Shown piece by piece: positions 1 through 10,057 of a DNA stretch of 64,000 nt. The notes below the pieces were generated by a model. That model was given only the letters and a program-made list of their open reading frames with translations, was not told the origin of the DNA and did no database searches. This stretch comes from Longimicrobiales bacterium (lineage in GTDB: Bacteria; Gemmatimonadota; Gemmatimonadetes; Longimicrobiales; Gaopeijiaceae). The stretch lies in contig CBDCNQ010000005.1 of assembly GCA_965219445.1 (NCBI GenBank), positions 128,001 to 192,000 on the forward strand, written 5' to 3'. The position numbers and the translations under genes were made by a program. Position 1 is the stretch's first letter. Every line of letters begins with the position of its first letter.

Positions 1-2
1 AG

Positions 3-428
3 GCCCAGGTGATCAATCTTCTCCGGGATCTCCAAACCGACCTCGGCCTCACGTACCTTTTCATCGCTCACGACCTCGCTGTCGTCGAGTATATGAGCGA
101 TCGTGTGGCGGTCATGTATCTCGGCAAGATCGTCGAGATGGCTACGGCCCAGGACCTGTACAAGAACCCGCTTCACCCGTATACCCGGGCACTTCTTTCA
201 GCCGCTCCAAGACGCGATCCGCAGGCGGGACCGATGCACGAGCGTATTAGACTATCCGGAGATGTCCCCAGTCCGATACGACCGCCATCGGGATGTCCGT
301 TCTACGCCCGATGCCCCCACCCCGGGAAGAACGAGGAGTGCCAGCGGGTCGTGCCTCTCCTGGAGGAGAAGGCACCGAATCACCTAGCCGCCTGCGGCAA
401 GAATCCAATGCCTGCGGGCGGGGCTTGA
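3..428 (+). CDS. oppF: Oligopeptide/dipeptide ABC transporter ATP-binding subunit, C-terminal part (5' end outside window)
   Basis: [34 protein letters not shown] and PPSGCPF..RCP motifs of OppF/AppF C-terminus. Confidence 0.85.
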   Translation, partial: AQVINLLRDLQTDLGLTYLFIAHDLAVVEYMSDRVAVMYLGKIVEMATAQDLYKNPLHPYTRALLSAAPRRDPQAGPMHERIRLSGDVPSPIRPPSGCPFYARCPHPGKNEECQRVVPLLEEKAPNHLAACGKNPMPAGGA

Positions 429-515
429 CAGGGTTGACGAGCACCGGCAGGTTCGGACTTCCGAAAATCGAGAGCTGTCGCCTTCAATGGCGGCCCCCCT
501 AACGTTCTAGAAATT

Positions 516-1235
516 TTGCTGGAGGTCCTTTTGGTCGGTGTGATACGTGTATACAGTGCGTTACTGCAGATCCCCGGAATAGACGCCCCGCAGTTGACCC
601 TGTCCGAACAGGCTGTGACGCTTTGGGACGACATGGGATTCATGCGTGTGCCCTTGGCCATTTGCGTAGTCATCGGCTTTATCGTCATCCTGTGGAAGTT
701 CTTCGACCTTCTCGCCAAGTCGTCAAAGACGAAAAAGATTCTGGCCGAGGTCGACGGGCTCCTGGAAGAGCACCGCATCGATGAGGCGCTCGAGGCGACC
801 CGGAACTCGGATGCACCGGCCGCGAAGATTCTCTATGCTGGTCTGGACCGGCATGAGGAAGGCACGGAGCGGGTGATGAAGGCGATCGAGAACCAGGGCC
901 TCATCGAGTTGAGCAAGCTGGAGTCGTTGCTGGTGGTCCTGGCTACGCTCACCAACGTGGCCCCGCTTCTCGGCTTCCTCGGAACCGTGATCGGAATGAT
1001 CATCGCGTTCCAATCCATCGAGGCTGCAGGCGAGGTTGAGGCTACGCTGGTTGCCGGCGGGATCAAGGTGGCGTTGCTCACGACTGCGACGGGACTCATC
1101 ATCGCGATTCCGGTGAGCATCTCGCACAATTTTTTCGTGGCGCGTATCGACAGCTTGGTCATCGACATGGAGGAGTCGGCTCAGAAGATGATCGACATGC
1201 TCCATGCCATGGAGGCGGATCGCGCGCGGTCGTAA
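516..1235 (+). CDS. exbB: MotA/TolQ/ExbB proton channel family protein (start may be slightly downstream)
   Basis: APLLGFLGTVIGMI and GIKVALLTTATGLIIAIP transmembrane motifs. Confidence 0.85.
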   Translation: MLEVLLVGVIRVYSALLQIPGIDAPQLTLSEQAVTLWDDMGFMRVPLAICVVIGFIVILWKFFDLLAKSSKTKKILAEVDGLLEEHRIDEALEATRNSDAPAAKILYAGLDRHEEGTERVMKAIENQGLIELSKLESLLVVLATLTNVAPLLGFLGTVIGMIIAFQSIEAAGEVEATLVAGGIKVALLTTATGLIIAIPVSISHNFFVARIDSLVIDMEESAQKMIDMLHAMEADRARS

Positions 1236-1256
1236 CAGTCCGTGGGTACGACGCAG

Positions 1257-1286
1257 AGGGGTCACCCGAAAGGGTGACCCCTTTTT
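1257..1286 (+). terminator. Rho-independent terminator
   Basis: Perfect stem AGGGGTCACCC-GAAA-GGGTGACCCCT followed by T-run, 22 bp after exbB stop. Confidence 0.9.
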
Positions 1287-1396
1287 CTATTCCCACAATT
1301 CGGCAGTATTATTAGATAGTCGCCTCTTGGTGGTATCTGTTTTTCGAAATGAAATATATGTTTCCGGACTCCCTTCACGCTGGGTAGTGCTGTTCA

Positions 1397-3799
1397 GTGA
1401 AATTCCTCGGATCGATCCTGGTTGTCTTGGCGCTGTGGGCAGGCGCTCCCACGGCTCCGCCCTTTGCGGATTTCCCGGCTGGCCTCGACACGCGCTCTTC
1501 TGCTGAAGACGGAGGGTACGCCGCTATTCGGTCCTCGGCCACCCTCCCCCACCGCGGATACGCTCCTGACCCTACGGTTGACTCAGCCAGAGCCGAGTTG
1601 GAAGCAGGAAGGTATTGGCACGCCACTCAGATATTACGAGAGCTCGCATCCGACGGGGCCGTCCTGACCCCGCCAGACGTGCTCCTGCTCGCTCGAGCCG
1701 ACGCGGGCTGGGAAAATTGGGATGATGTGCTGGCGGGATTGGAAGAGGCCGACTGGCTCGATGGGATCGGAGGCGGAGAAGGCAGGCTGCTGCTGGCGCG
1801 TGCGCTCGAGGCGGCGGAGCGTTGGGATGAGGCGGCTGAACAATACAAGCGCTTCCGGTCGACCGGAGCGATGGCGTCGGAAACTCCATGGGCAGCTTCC
1901 CGGGAGGCGCAGGTCGCGGCGCGGGCCGGCCTTTGGGTGCCGATGCTTGACGCTTTAGCGGTGGCAGGCCGGCATTCGCCGGAGTTGGCGAAATGGACCG
2001 TTTTCCACTCGGCCCGCAACTTCCTCGAACAGGGAGAGGGTCAACAGACGTTACGGATTCTCCCCCTCTTGAGGGGAGACTCCGCTATCGCCGAGTTGGC
2101 GTGGGACTTCGAGGCACGTGCCTGGCTGGTGGCCGGAGACACGGCCCGCGCGCTGGAGCGGTACGCCGAGCTTGCCAGTGGGGATCTGAGGGCTGCCCAA
2201 CGTGGTGAAGCGATGGAGGCCATCGGTGCTTTGGCCGAGAGAAGGGGGGACATCGGGGCAGCGCACGCCGCGTACGAGGCGTCCTTGGATGCTGATCCAC
2301 GAGGAGCAAGTGGGCCAAGGGCGGCTTGGGGGGTTCTGCGGACCGGTACGGTGGACTCGGAGCAGGCTCTCCGATCGGCTAGAGTTCTGGATCGGGCCAG
2401 GGAGAATCACCAGGCGCTTCAGGCCTATGAGCGACACTTGGCCGAGTTGCCGGAGACAGTCCAGCCCGAACCTGCGGTTCAGTTGGCCCGTGCGCGGCTG
2501 CTTTCGGCGGTCGGGACGCATGAGGCGGCTGTGGTCGAGTTCAGGAAACTGGTGGAGACGGACGACCCTGCTTTCGAGCTCCGCGTCCTCGGTGAGTGGC
2601 GCCGGGCTCGGAGCCGCCAAGGCCGGCGAGACGCGGTCCGAACGATCGACGGATGGATCATCGATCGCTACCCGGAGAGTCGCGAGGCGGTCGATATCGT
2701 GGTAGCACGGGCCAACTCTTCACTGACACGCGGTTCGTACGTGGACGCGGCAGCTGGTTTCGAGCGGGCGATCGCGATGGAGCCGTCGCACGCTTCGGCG
2801 GGTCTGGCCCGAATGCGACTCGGTCAGATCCGTCTTCAACAGAACGATGAAGAAGCGGCCGCCGAGGTGTTCGGTAGCTACCTCGAGGAATTCCCCAACG
2901 GGCGGCGCTGGGCCGAGGCCAGCTACTGGGCGGCTCGAAGTTTGGAGGCCCTTGGCCGCGACGAGGATGCCCAGGAGTACCTGAGCGAGATACGGGACCG
3001 AGACGCCCTGTCTTACTACGGTGTCCTCACATTCGATCTCCTCGAGGAGCCTTTTCGCCCCGATGTGCCGGCCGGGCCGGCCTCGGCGCCCAGACCCTGG
3101 CTTCGAGACGACTTGAGGACGCTCGACTTACTGGTTGCGGCGGGTCTTGATGTGGGAGTGGAGGCCCACATCGACGGACTCATTGCGCGGACCGACGCAT
3201 CGGTTCCGGAAAGCCTCGACTTGGCCGATGCCGTGATTGAGCGGGGTTTCTCCATCAAGGGGATCAGACTTGGGCAGGCTCTGCTGCGCGATGGGGCCCC
3301 GCTGACCAAGCGCCTCCTTCGCATACTGTATCCGTTTCCCTATCGGGAGCTCGTGACCAGAGAGGCGTCTGAGCGCAACATCGATCCACTTTTTCTGGCG
3401 GCTCTGATTCGGCAGGAATCGGCTTTTGCGCCGGCCATTCATTCGCCGGCGGGAGCCATCGGCCTCATGCAAGTGATGCCAGCGACAGGGCGGGGTGTTG
3501 CTCGAAGTCAAGGAATCCGGGGGTTCACGGCTGAGAGTCTCGAGACCGCTGAAATCAACCTCCACTTGGGAACGAGGTTCTGGCTCGACATGGAGCGGCG
3601 TTACTCCGATGGGGAACTGCCGCTGGTGCTGTCCGCGTATAATGCCGGCCCCACACGAGCACGCCGGTGGAGACAGCTTCCGGAGTTCGAGGATCTCCTT
3701 CGATTCACGGAGCGAATTCCCTTCAACGAGACCCGGGGATACGTGAAGGCCATCACTCGTAATGTCGGGCTCTACCATTTTCTATACGCAGACGACTAG
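1397..3799 (+). CDS. Soluble lytic murein transglycosylase (Slt70-like) with TPR-like helical N-terminus
   Basis: Signal peptide; C-terminal SLT motifs IRQESAF, GAIGLMQVMP, SAYNAGP, ETRGYV. Confidence 0.9.
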   Translation: MKFLGSILVVLALWAGAPTAPPFADFPAGLDTRSSAEDGGYAAIRSSATLPHRGYAPDPTVDSARAELEAGRYWHATQILRELASDGAVLTPPDVLLLARADAGWENWDDVLAGLEEADWLDGIGGGEGRLLLARALEAAERWDEAAEQYKRFRSTGAMASETPWAASREAQVAARAGLWVPMLDALAVAGRHSPELAKWTVFHSARNFLEQGEGQQTLRILPLLRGDSAIAELAWDFEARAWLVAGDTARALERYAELASGDLRAAQRGEAMEAIGALAERRGDIGAAHAAYEASLDADPRGASGPRAAWGVLRTGTVDSEQALRSARVLDRARENHQALQAYERHLAELPETVQPEPAVQLARARLLSAVGTHEAAVVEFRKLVETDDPAFELRVLGEWRRARSRQGRRDAVRTIDGWIIDRYPESREAVDIVVARANSSLTRGSYVDAAAGFERAIAMEPSHASAGLARMRLGQIRLQQNDEEAAAEVFGSYLEEFPNGRRWAEASYWAARSLEALGRDEDAQEYLSEIRDRDALSYYGVLTFDLLEEPFRPDVPAGPASAPRPWLRDDLRTLDLLVAAGLDVGVEAHIDGLIARTDASVPESLDLADAVIERGFSIKGIRLGQALLRDGAPLTKRLLRILYPFPYRELVTREASERNIDPLFLAALIRQESAFAPAIHSPAGAIGLMQVMPATGRGVARSQGIRGFTAESLETAEINLHLGTRFWLDMERRYSDGELPLVLSAYNAGPTRARRWRQLPEFEDLLRFTERIPFNETRGYVKAITRNVGLYHFLYADD

Positions 3800-3953
3800 C
3801 CTTTTTGGGGCCTCTTGGTCGGAATCTTGACGGCTACCGGGTCGGGCCCATAACCTTGAGGGCGGGTTGCCAGACCCGGTCATGGCCTTGGGCCGGATAC
3901 AGAGCCCTGGGCGTGACGAACCATTGTTCCATGCCGCGGAAGGAGTAGGCCGC

Positions 3954-4154
3954 ATGTCCAAAGGGACCGTCAAATGGTTCAACGATTCGAGAGGGTATGG
4001 ATTCATCACTCGACCGGACGGCGATGACCTGTTCGTCCACTTCTCGGCCATCATAACGGATGGCTTTCGCACTCTTACAGAGGGAGAAGAAGTGGAGTTC
4101 GAGCTAGCAGAGACCGAGAACGGATACCAGGCGTCGAATGTAGTCAAGGCCTGA
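3954..4154 (+). CDS. cspA: Cold-shock protein
   Basis: [27 protein letters not shown] (RNP1/RNP2); AGGAG RBS before ATG 3954. Confidence 0.95.
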   Translation: MSKGTVKWFNDSRGYGFITRPDGDDLFVHFSAIITDGFRTLTEGEEVEFELAETENGYQASNVVKA

Positions 4155-4171
4155 CACCGTCTCGACCGATG

Positions 4172-4213
4172 AAGACGTCCCGGGGTTGAAGATTTCCCTG
4201 GGGCGTTTTTTTT
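4172..4213 (+). terminator. Rho-independent terminator
   Basis: Imperfect stem GACGTCCCGGGG..CCCTGGGGCGTT plus 8-T run after cspA. Confidence 0.75.
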
Positions 4214-4328
4214 GAACTGCCAACTAGGTGGCTTCTCCCACCATGTGGCCTCGCCTTCCGGGGGCGTCTAAGTTCGTCGATCCATGAGTTCCCAACTCCT
4301 ACAGCTCTGTCATTTAGGGACCTAGTCG

Positions 4329-7169
4329 ATGGATGTCCCCCCCAAGGATCTGCCCCGGCTCTTCCTTATCGATGCCTACGCGCTGATCTACCGGGCGTTC
4401 TTCGCCTTCATCAATCGCCCCCTCACCAACTCCAAGGGTGAGAACACATCTGCCCCATTCGGTTTCGCAAATTTCCTGGTCGAGATTCGTGACAAGTATC
4501 AGCCCGATTATCTCGCGGTCGTGTTCGACGCCGGAAATAGCGGCCGGGAAGAGATCTACCCGGACTACAAGGCGACCCGGGAGAAGATGCCGGACGAGCT
4601 CAGGGCCAGTTTACCCCGTGTGCGTGAGCTCGTGGCCGCGTTTAACGATGCCCTGGTCGAGCTGGATGGGTACGAGGCGGATGATGTGATCGGCACCCTC
4701 GCGGTCAAGGCGAGAGATGCGGGGCTGGAGGCGGTCATTGTTTCCGGCGACAAGGATCTCTATCAGCTCGTGGGGCCCGGTATCCACCTTCTGAACCCCG
4801 GGCGTGGCGGTCGCACGGGTGTGGCCGCCGAATGGGTGGACGAGCGGAATGCTCACGAGAAGTTCGGCATTCCGGCGGACCAGGTAGTCGATTACTTGGC
4901 CTTGATCGGCGACTCCTCCGACAACATCCCCGGAGCCCGGGGCGTTGGGCCCAAGACGGCCCTGAAGCTTCTCGATGAATACGGGAGCGTCGACGAAATT
5001 CTCGAAAACACGAGCGACGTTTCCACCAAGCGCGTACGAGAGTCGCTCACTGAGCATGCAGACCAAGTTCGCATCTCCAAGCAGCTCGTGACGCTCATGA
5101 CGGACCTCGACGTCGAGTTGGATCTGGAGGCTCTGCAAGTGCGCGAGCCGGATCGCCCCAGGCTTCACCGGTTCTTCGCCGAGATGGAATTCCGCCGCCT
5201 CATGGAGCGCTTCGCGCCCGGCGGGGCGCCACCTTCGGATGAGGGGGTGACCGGTGATGTTGATCCCGATTCGCGTCCGAGTGATAACGCCGCAGATACG
5301 GCGCCCACGGCTGGGGACGGGCCTCCGCCGGTCCGTTGCCATCTGGTCATCGGGCCGGACGATGTCGTGGCGTTGGCAGGTCGGGCCCGTGAGGCGGGCC
5401 GGGTGGCCCTCGCGGTGCAAAACGCTTTCCTCGATCCGCATCGCGCTGGTCTGGTGGGCCTTGCGATGGCGGTGGACGTGGGGGAGGCCTCTTATCTCTC
5501 CTTCGGGCACGTGCCTCACGGCGACCCGACACTGGCGTTCGAGTCGACCGGAATCGCCAATCTACCTGAAGTACGCGCCGACGCCCTCGCCGCGCTGGTG
5601 GATCTGTTGGAGGATCCAGGCGTCGAGAAGATCGGAGCCGACCTGAAGACCTCAGCGCTCTCTCTGGCCCGGTCAGGCGTGTGCCTCAGGGGGATGACCT
5701 TCGACGTAACCCTGGCCTCCTACGTTCTCGACCCTGGCCGGCGCAAGCACGATTTGGATGCGCTCTGCCAGGACTTTCTCGGGTTTTCCCGGACGCCCTA
5801 CAACGACGTGGTCGGGACGGGCCAGAAGCGAATCAGCTTTTCGGAGGTGGACCAGGAGAAAGCACGGGACTACGCGGGTCAAGGTGTCGATGCTGCACTC
5901 CGGCTGGCCGAGCGCTTCGCCGGGGATCTCGCAGCTCAGGGGCTGGCCGGACTCTTCGAGGGGCTGGAGATGCCACTCGTACCGGTGCTGGTCGGGATGG
6001 AGCAGAAGGGCATACGTATCGATCCGGCCTTCTTCCAGGCGATGAGCCAACGGCTGGATCGGGACCTGACGCTCATCCGGGACGAGATCTACAAGGTTGC
6101 CGGGTCGGAGTTCAATTTGAACTCTACGCCTCAGCTTCGTGAAGTTCTTTTCGAGCAACAGGGACTACCTGTAATCAAGCGGACGAAGACGGGTCCTTCC
6201 ACGGATTCCTCCGTCTTGGAAGAACTTTCCGTACAGGGGCATGAGATTCCGCGGCTCATGATGGAGTACCGGGAACTCGAGAAGCTGCGGTCGACCTATG
6301 TGGATGCTCTTCCGCAGCTCGTGCTTCCACGAACGGGGAGGATCCACACTTGTTTCAACCAAACTGTGGCGGCTACTGGGCGGCTCTCGTCGAGCGATCC
6401 GAATCTCCAGAACATCCCGATACGAACGGATCTGGGTCGGGAGATCCGCAAGGGATTCATCCCTGCGGAGGGCTGCCTGTTCTATGGAGCGGATTACTCG
6501 CAGGCCGAGCTGCGTATCCTGGCTCACTTCTCCGGGGATGAGCCCTTGGTGCGAGCGTTCACCGAGGGGATCGACGTCCATAGGCAGACCGCTGCCGTCA
6601 TCTTCGATGTTCCCCTCGAGCAAGTGACGTCCGAGCAGCGAGGCCAGGCGAAGACGATCAACTTCGCCACGCTGTATGGACAGGGTGCGTTTTCGCTCGC
6701 CCGACAGCTCGGCATCGGCCGGGAAGAGGCGCAGGCGTTCATCGATCAGTACTTCGAGCGCTTCAGCGGTGTTCGGGTCTATCTGGATGAGCAGGTGGCC
6801 ATCGCTCGCGAGAAGGGATTCGTCGAGACTCTCATGGGGCGGAGGCGCCACATCCCGGAGCTGCAAGCCAAGAACTGGAACGTTCGCCAGTTCGGTGAGC
6901 GAGTTGCCCAGAATACACCCATCCAGGGCACGGCTGCGGACATGATCAAGAAGGCGATGCTTGACGTGGCCGCTGCGTTGGCAGAGGCGGACACGGGGGC
7001 TCGTTTGCTCCTGCAGGTCCACGACGAGCTTCTCTTCGAGGTGCCGAGTGGCGAAGAGGACGGTCTCGCCGAGTTGGTGGTGTCAGGGATGGAGGGTGCC
7101 ATGGAGCTCAGCGTTCCGCTGGTGGCCGAGGGCGGTGTGGGAGAGAATTGGTACGAGACGAAGCATTAG
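4329..7169 (+). CDS. polA: DNA polymerase I
   Basis: 5'-3' exonuclease (LIDAYALIYRAF, GYEADDVIGT, GDSSDNIPG) and Pol A motifs TGRLSSSDPNLQNIP, DYSQAELR, AKTINF..LYG, LQVHDEL. Confidence 0.98.
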   Translation: MDVPPKDLPRLFLIDAYALIYRAFFAFINRPLTNSKGENTSAPFGFANFLVEIRDKYQPDYLAVVFDAGNSGREEIYPDYKATREKMPDELRASLPRVRELVAAFNDALVELDGYEADDVIGTLAVKARDAGLEAVIVSGDKDLYQLVGPGIHLLNPGRGGRTGVAAEWVDERNAHEKFGIPADQVVDYLALIGDSSDNIPGARGVGPKTALKLLDEYGSVDEILENTSDVSTKRVRESLTEHADQVRISKQLVTLMTDLDVELDLEALQVREPDRPRLHRFFAEMEFRRLMERFAPGGAPPSDEGVTGDVDPDSRPSDNAADTAPTAGDGPPPVRCHLVIGPDDVVALAGRAREAGRVALAVQNAFLDPHRAGLVGLAMAVDVGEASYLSFGHVPHGDPTLAFESTGIANLPEVRADALAALVDLLEDPGVEKIGADLKTSALSLARSGVCLRGMTFDVTLASYVLDPGRRKHDLDALCQDFLGFSRTPYNDVVGTGQKRISFSEVDQEKARDYAGQGVDAALRLAERFAGDLAAQGLAGLFEGLEMPLVPVLVGMEQKGIRIDPAFFQAMSQRLDRDLTLIRDEIYKVAGSEFNLNSTPQLREVLFEQQGLPVIKRTKTGPSTDSSVLEELSVQGHEIPRLMMEYRELEKLRSTYVDALPQLVLPRTGRIHTCFNQTVAATGRLSSSDPNLQNIPIRTDLGREIRKGFIPAEGCLFYGADYSQAELRILAHFSGDEPLVRAFTEGIDVHRQTAAVIFDVPLEQVTSEQRGQAKTINFATLYGQGAFSLARQLGIGREEAQAFIDQYFERFSGVRVYLDEQVAIAREKGFVETLMGRRRHIPELQAKNWNVRQFGERVAQNTPIQGTAADMIKKAMLDVAAALAEADTGARLLLQVHDELLFEVPSGEEDGLAELVVSGMEGAMELSVPLVAEGGVGENWYETKH

Positions 7170-7317
7170 GTCCCCAGGCACGAGAGTCCCGTCCGGCCAT
7201 CCTCCGGCCCCACGCTGCTCCACACCTTCCGTTGTCCCACTCAACGACAGGTCGCCGCGGACCGTGCTCGATGGAGCTGGCCTGCGAGTCGGCCGCGAAT
7301 TTACGCGGGAGGATGAG

Positions 7318-7668
7318 ATGAGCCGCACCATCAACAAGGTCATTCTCGTAGGCAACGTCGGACGCGATCCCGATGTTTTCGAGACGAAGAGCGGAACCAA
7401 GGTCGTGCACTTGAGTTTGGCGACCAACCGTCCGCCCTTCGGGGACGATGCCGAACAGCGGACCGATTGGCATCGTCTCACACTTTGGGCCGGCCTGGCC
7501 CAGTTCACAGAGGAAAATGTAAAGAAGGGTGATCGGATCTATGTCGAGGGTCGGCTCGAGTACGACACGTACGAGCGCGAGGGTGTGAAGATTCCCACTG
7601 CGGACGTCAACGTACGTGAGTTGGTGCTGCTTACTGCCCGGGAAGCCGAGGTCCAAGCCGCCGCCTGA
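7318..7668 (+). CDS. ssb: Single-stranded DNA-binding protein, short form lacking acidic C-terminal tip
   Basis: MSRTINKVILVGNVGRDP..TDWHR..KKGDRIYVEGRL OB fold; GGAGG RBS before ATG 7318. Confidence 0.9.
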   Translation: MSRTINKVILVGNVGRDPDVFETKSGTKVVHLSLATNRPPFGDDAEQRTDWHRLTLWAGLAQFTEENVKKGDRIYVEGRLEYDTYEREGVKIPTADVNVRELVLLTAREAEVQAAA

Positions 7669-7702
7669 GTTGTCCAGGGCAGCGAACCAGGGGCGGGGCC
7701 TT

Positions 7703-9760
7703 CTATAGCCACTCCCAGAAGCGGCGCTGGACGGAAAAGACGAATTCCCAGTCCCCTCCGTCGTTCAGGCCCCGCCCTACGTCGAAGCGCAGCAGATCCC
7801 AGCCCAGCTTCAAGCCCAACCCGGCGGAGCTCGTCAGCCCGTCTGTGGTTTGGCGGAGCCAGCCGGGGTCGGGAAGAGTGGAGCGGCCAAAGCTCATTAC
7901 ACCGGCCGCACCGAATACATGGACCTTGAGCCAGGGAGCGAGTACTGCCTGGCTGCCCTCAACGCCAAGCAGGGCCATCTGATCACCAATGAACGAGCGA
8001 TAGGGGTACCCCGGTAGGGTATGCCGGCCGCCCAAAAGGAAGAGCGTCTGTACAGGGGCGTTCTTGGTCGAGATACCGACGTGAAGCTCGGCCTCGAGAG
8101 CGGCACCTCTCTGGTGGAGTTCTCGTCGGAGTGCGGTGACCCACCAGAGGGATGCGTATGGCTGATCCTCGATTCGTCCGAGCCGGGCGGTCGCCGAACT
8201 CTCGAACCCACGGGCGGCTGTCCGAGTTGCATACGTCACCTCGGCGGCGCGGTCGTCGCCCTCGTCGACGGACAACACCGGGCGGCTGATCCCCGACTCG
8301 GTCGCCGGGTCCCCCCCGAGCCCATCGTCCACGACGTTGGTCCCGGAGCGATGACGTGCCCACTCGGCGCCCACTTCGAGTCTGCTCGTCGCTCCCAGAC
8401 CCCACCCGTAGCGGACACCCGCTCCCGACGTGAAGTACGGATCCGTGTAGTCGTGGTCAGTGAGGAGCCCACTCAACGTGTTCACGGCTCCACTCGCGCC
8501 CGTGAGTCTGCCGCCCGCGTTCTGAAGCTCGTTCCACCAAGCACTTACCGTAAGCCCGTCTGGAGTGGGGCTCGACCGAAGCTGGAAGGCGAGCTGACCT
8601 TCCTTCCGTTCAAACGCGTAGCCGCCCCGTGACGAGACCCTCCAGGTTGCTCCCAGCCGGAAGGATGTGCCCGCTCCCGTGAAGGACCCCTCGGCACGAT
8701 TGTACCTGTACACGGACGAAACGGACGGTACCTGGAGACGGGCCGGATTCAATCCGCTCAAGTACCGCTTTTCCAAAACGGTCATCGCCTGCTCACGGAT
8801 CGCTTCAATCTCTGGGGAGGGGTCTAGGCCCTCGTCGGAGAGTTGATCGTACAAGCCTGTTTCGAACGGAAAGTTTCTGCGTTCGGCCGCTGGTACCGAA
8901 GTGAACGTCCCCCCGAGAAAGAGGGCCTCGGGAAGCTGCGGGTTGAACTGATAATTCCGAATTTCGAAGCGGCCCCGAATGACGCTACCCCCCAGGAACT
9001 CGACGATCGGGAGTTCTCGCCGGAGCTCGACCTCCTGCCTATAGGGAAGCCAATACCTTCCGTCCCATATGGAGTTGTCCATGGAGATGCGGATGTAATC
9101 CAGGCTCTTATCGACGTATGAAGCGGGAGTAAAGGTGAAGCTCATTCGTACGATGGCGCCGGTCCCCCGTTCCAGGAAAAGGCTTCCGATGACGCTAGGA
9201 GCCTCCGGGTTCCGCGGTCGAATTTCTAGCTCGTAGACCCGAATTTCCATCACCGGGCTCGGAAGCGTCACGGTCAAAGAGTCGGCGAGGCGGTAGTCGT
9301 AAATCGACTCCGACCCGGGTGCGACCGGATGAACTACAGCCTCGACTTCATCGCCATCGCCGAGGCGAATCAAGTCGCCATAGTCATCTTGTACGACGGT
9401 CAAATGGTCGAGGTGATAGGTGATGTTGGTGGGGAGCTCTTTCGCATCACGGCGGCCGACCAACCGCTGCTTGGTTTGGTCGGGCGCTTTCCAAAAGACA
9501 TCGAGCGCGACCTGGTCGGTCTTTACAAGCGTGCGCTCGTCGCGGTCGGTGCGATCGATGAAAAAGTACACGTAGCCGCGTGCGTCGGCCTGGTAGGCCT
9601 GAAAGGCCGAGTCGATCACGGCGGCCTGACGGAGGCTTCGGGCTTGCTGCACGAGCTCGAGCGCCCTGTTACCGTTCCACTCGGACTGGGCCTGGGCGCC
9701 TCCGGCCGACGGCGAGACAAGGGCGGTGAGCACACTTGCGATCGTCGCCGCTGAGCGCAT
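7703..9760 (-). CDS. Secreted/outer-membrane beta-barrel protein of unknown function
   Basis: Signal peptide ending AQA-Q; alternating beta-strands, LGGRHTLPGY loop resembling Omp85 family, aromatic C-terminus. Confidence 0.6.
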   Translation of the reverse strand: MRSAATIASVLTALVSPSAGGAQAQSEWNGNRALELVQQARSLRQAAVIDSAFQAYQADARGYVYFFIDRTDRDERTLVKTDQVALDVFWKAPDQTKQRLVGRRDAKELPTNITYHLDHLTVVQDDYGDLIRLGDGDEVEAVVHPVAPGSESIYDYRLADSLTVTLPSPVMEIRVYELEIRPRNPEAPSVIGSLFLERGTGAIVRMSFTFTPASYVDKSLDYIRISMDNSIWDGRYWLPYRQEVELRRELPIVEFLGGSVIRGRFEIRNYQFNPQLPEALFLGGTFTSVPAAERRNFPFETGLYDQLSDEGLDPSPEIEAIREQAMTVLEKRYLSGLNPARLQVPSVSSVYRYNRAEGSFTGAGTSFRLGATWRVSSRGGYAFERKEGQLAFQLRSSPTPDGLTVSAWWNELQNAGGRLTGASGAVNTLSGLLTDHDYTDPYFTSGAGVRYGWGLGATSRLEVGAEWARHRSGTNVVDDGLGGDPATESGISRPVLSVDEGDDRAAEVTYATRTAARGFESSATARLGRIEDQPYASLWWVTALRRELHQRGAALEAELHVGISTKNAPVQTLFLLGGRHTLPGYPYRSFIGDQMALLGVEGSQAVLAPWLKVHVFGAAGVMSFGRSTLPDPGWLRQTTDGLTSSAGLGLKLGWDLLRFDVGRGLNDGGDWEFVFSVQRRFWEWL

Positions 9761-9892
9761 CGGGACATTCAGGATATTCGGAATATTCAGGCTATTTCCG
9801 GTATGCATTCCGGTCCGCGGGTCAGGCGATCGACGTCCTCGGGGGATGGGGCGGCTGGCGGGAGCGGCCTCGAGGGTGGTACGTCAGTCACC

Positions 9893-9906
9893 TGGAACCG
9901 GTTCCC
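9893..9906. promoter_or_regulatory. Palindromic candidate operator TGGAACCGGTTCCC
   Basis: Perfect 12-bp palindrome GGAACCGGTTCC (9894-9905) upstream of the beta-barrel gene. Confidence 0.35.
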
Positions 9907-10001
9907 AAAGCTGGTTTGCCGAGTTCCCCTTCAAGAGGGTGATCAGAAAGGGCGGCGGGTCGCCCACGACCATCTATGACTAGCCTCCAACCGTTGGAGC
10001 G

Positions 10002-10030
10002 AAAAAAAACCCCGTCTGGCATGACGGGGC
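10002..10030 (-). terminator. Rho-independent terminator after sigma factor gene
   Basis: Minus strand CCCCGTC-ATGCCA-GACGGGG then T8. Confidence 0.85.
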
Positions 10031-10057
10031 CCTGGGCTCAGTGGAGACTCCTGCGTG

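Noticed and set aside
9884..9973. 29-aa minus-strand ORF MVVGDPPPFLITLLK.. after GGAGG
   Set aside because: No recognisable features; RBS spacing is long
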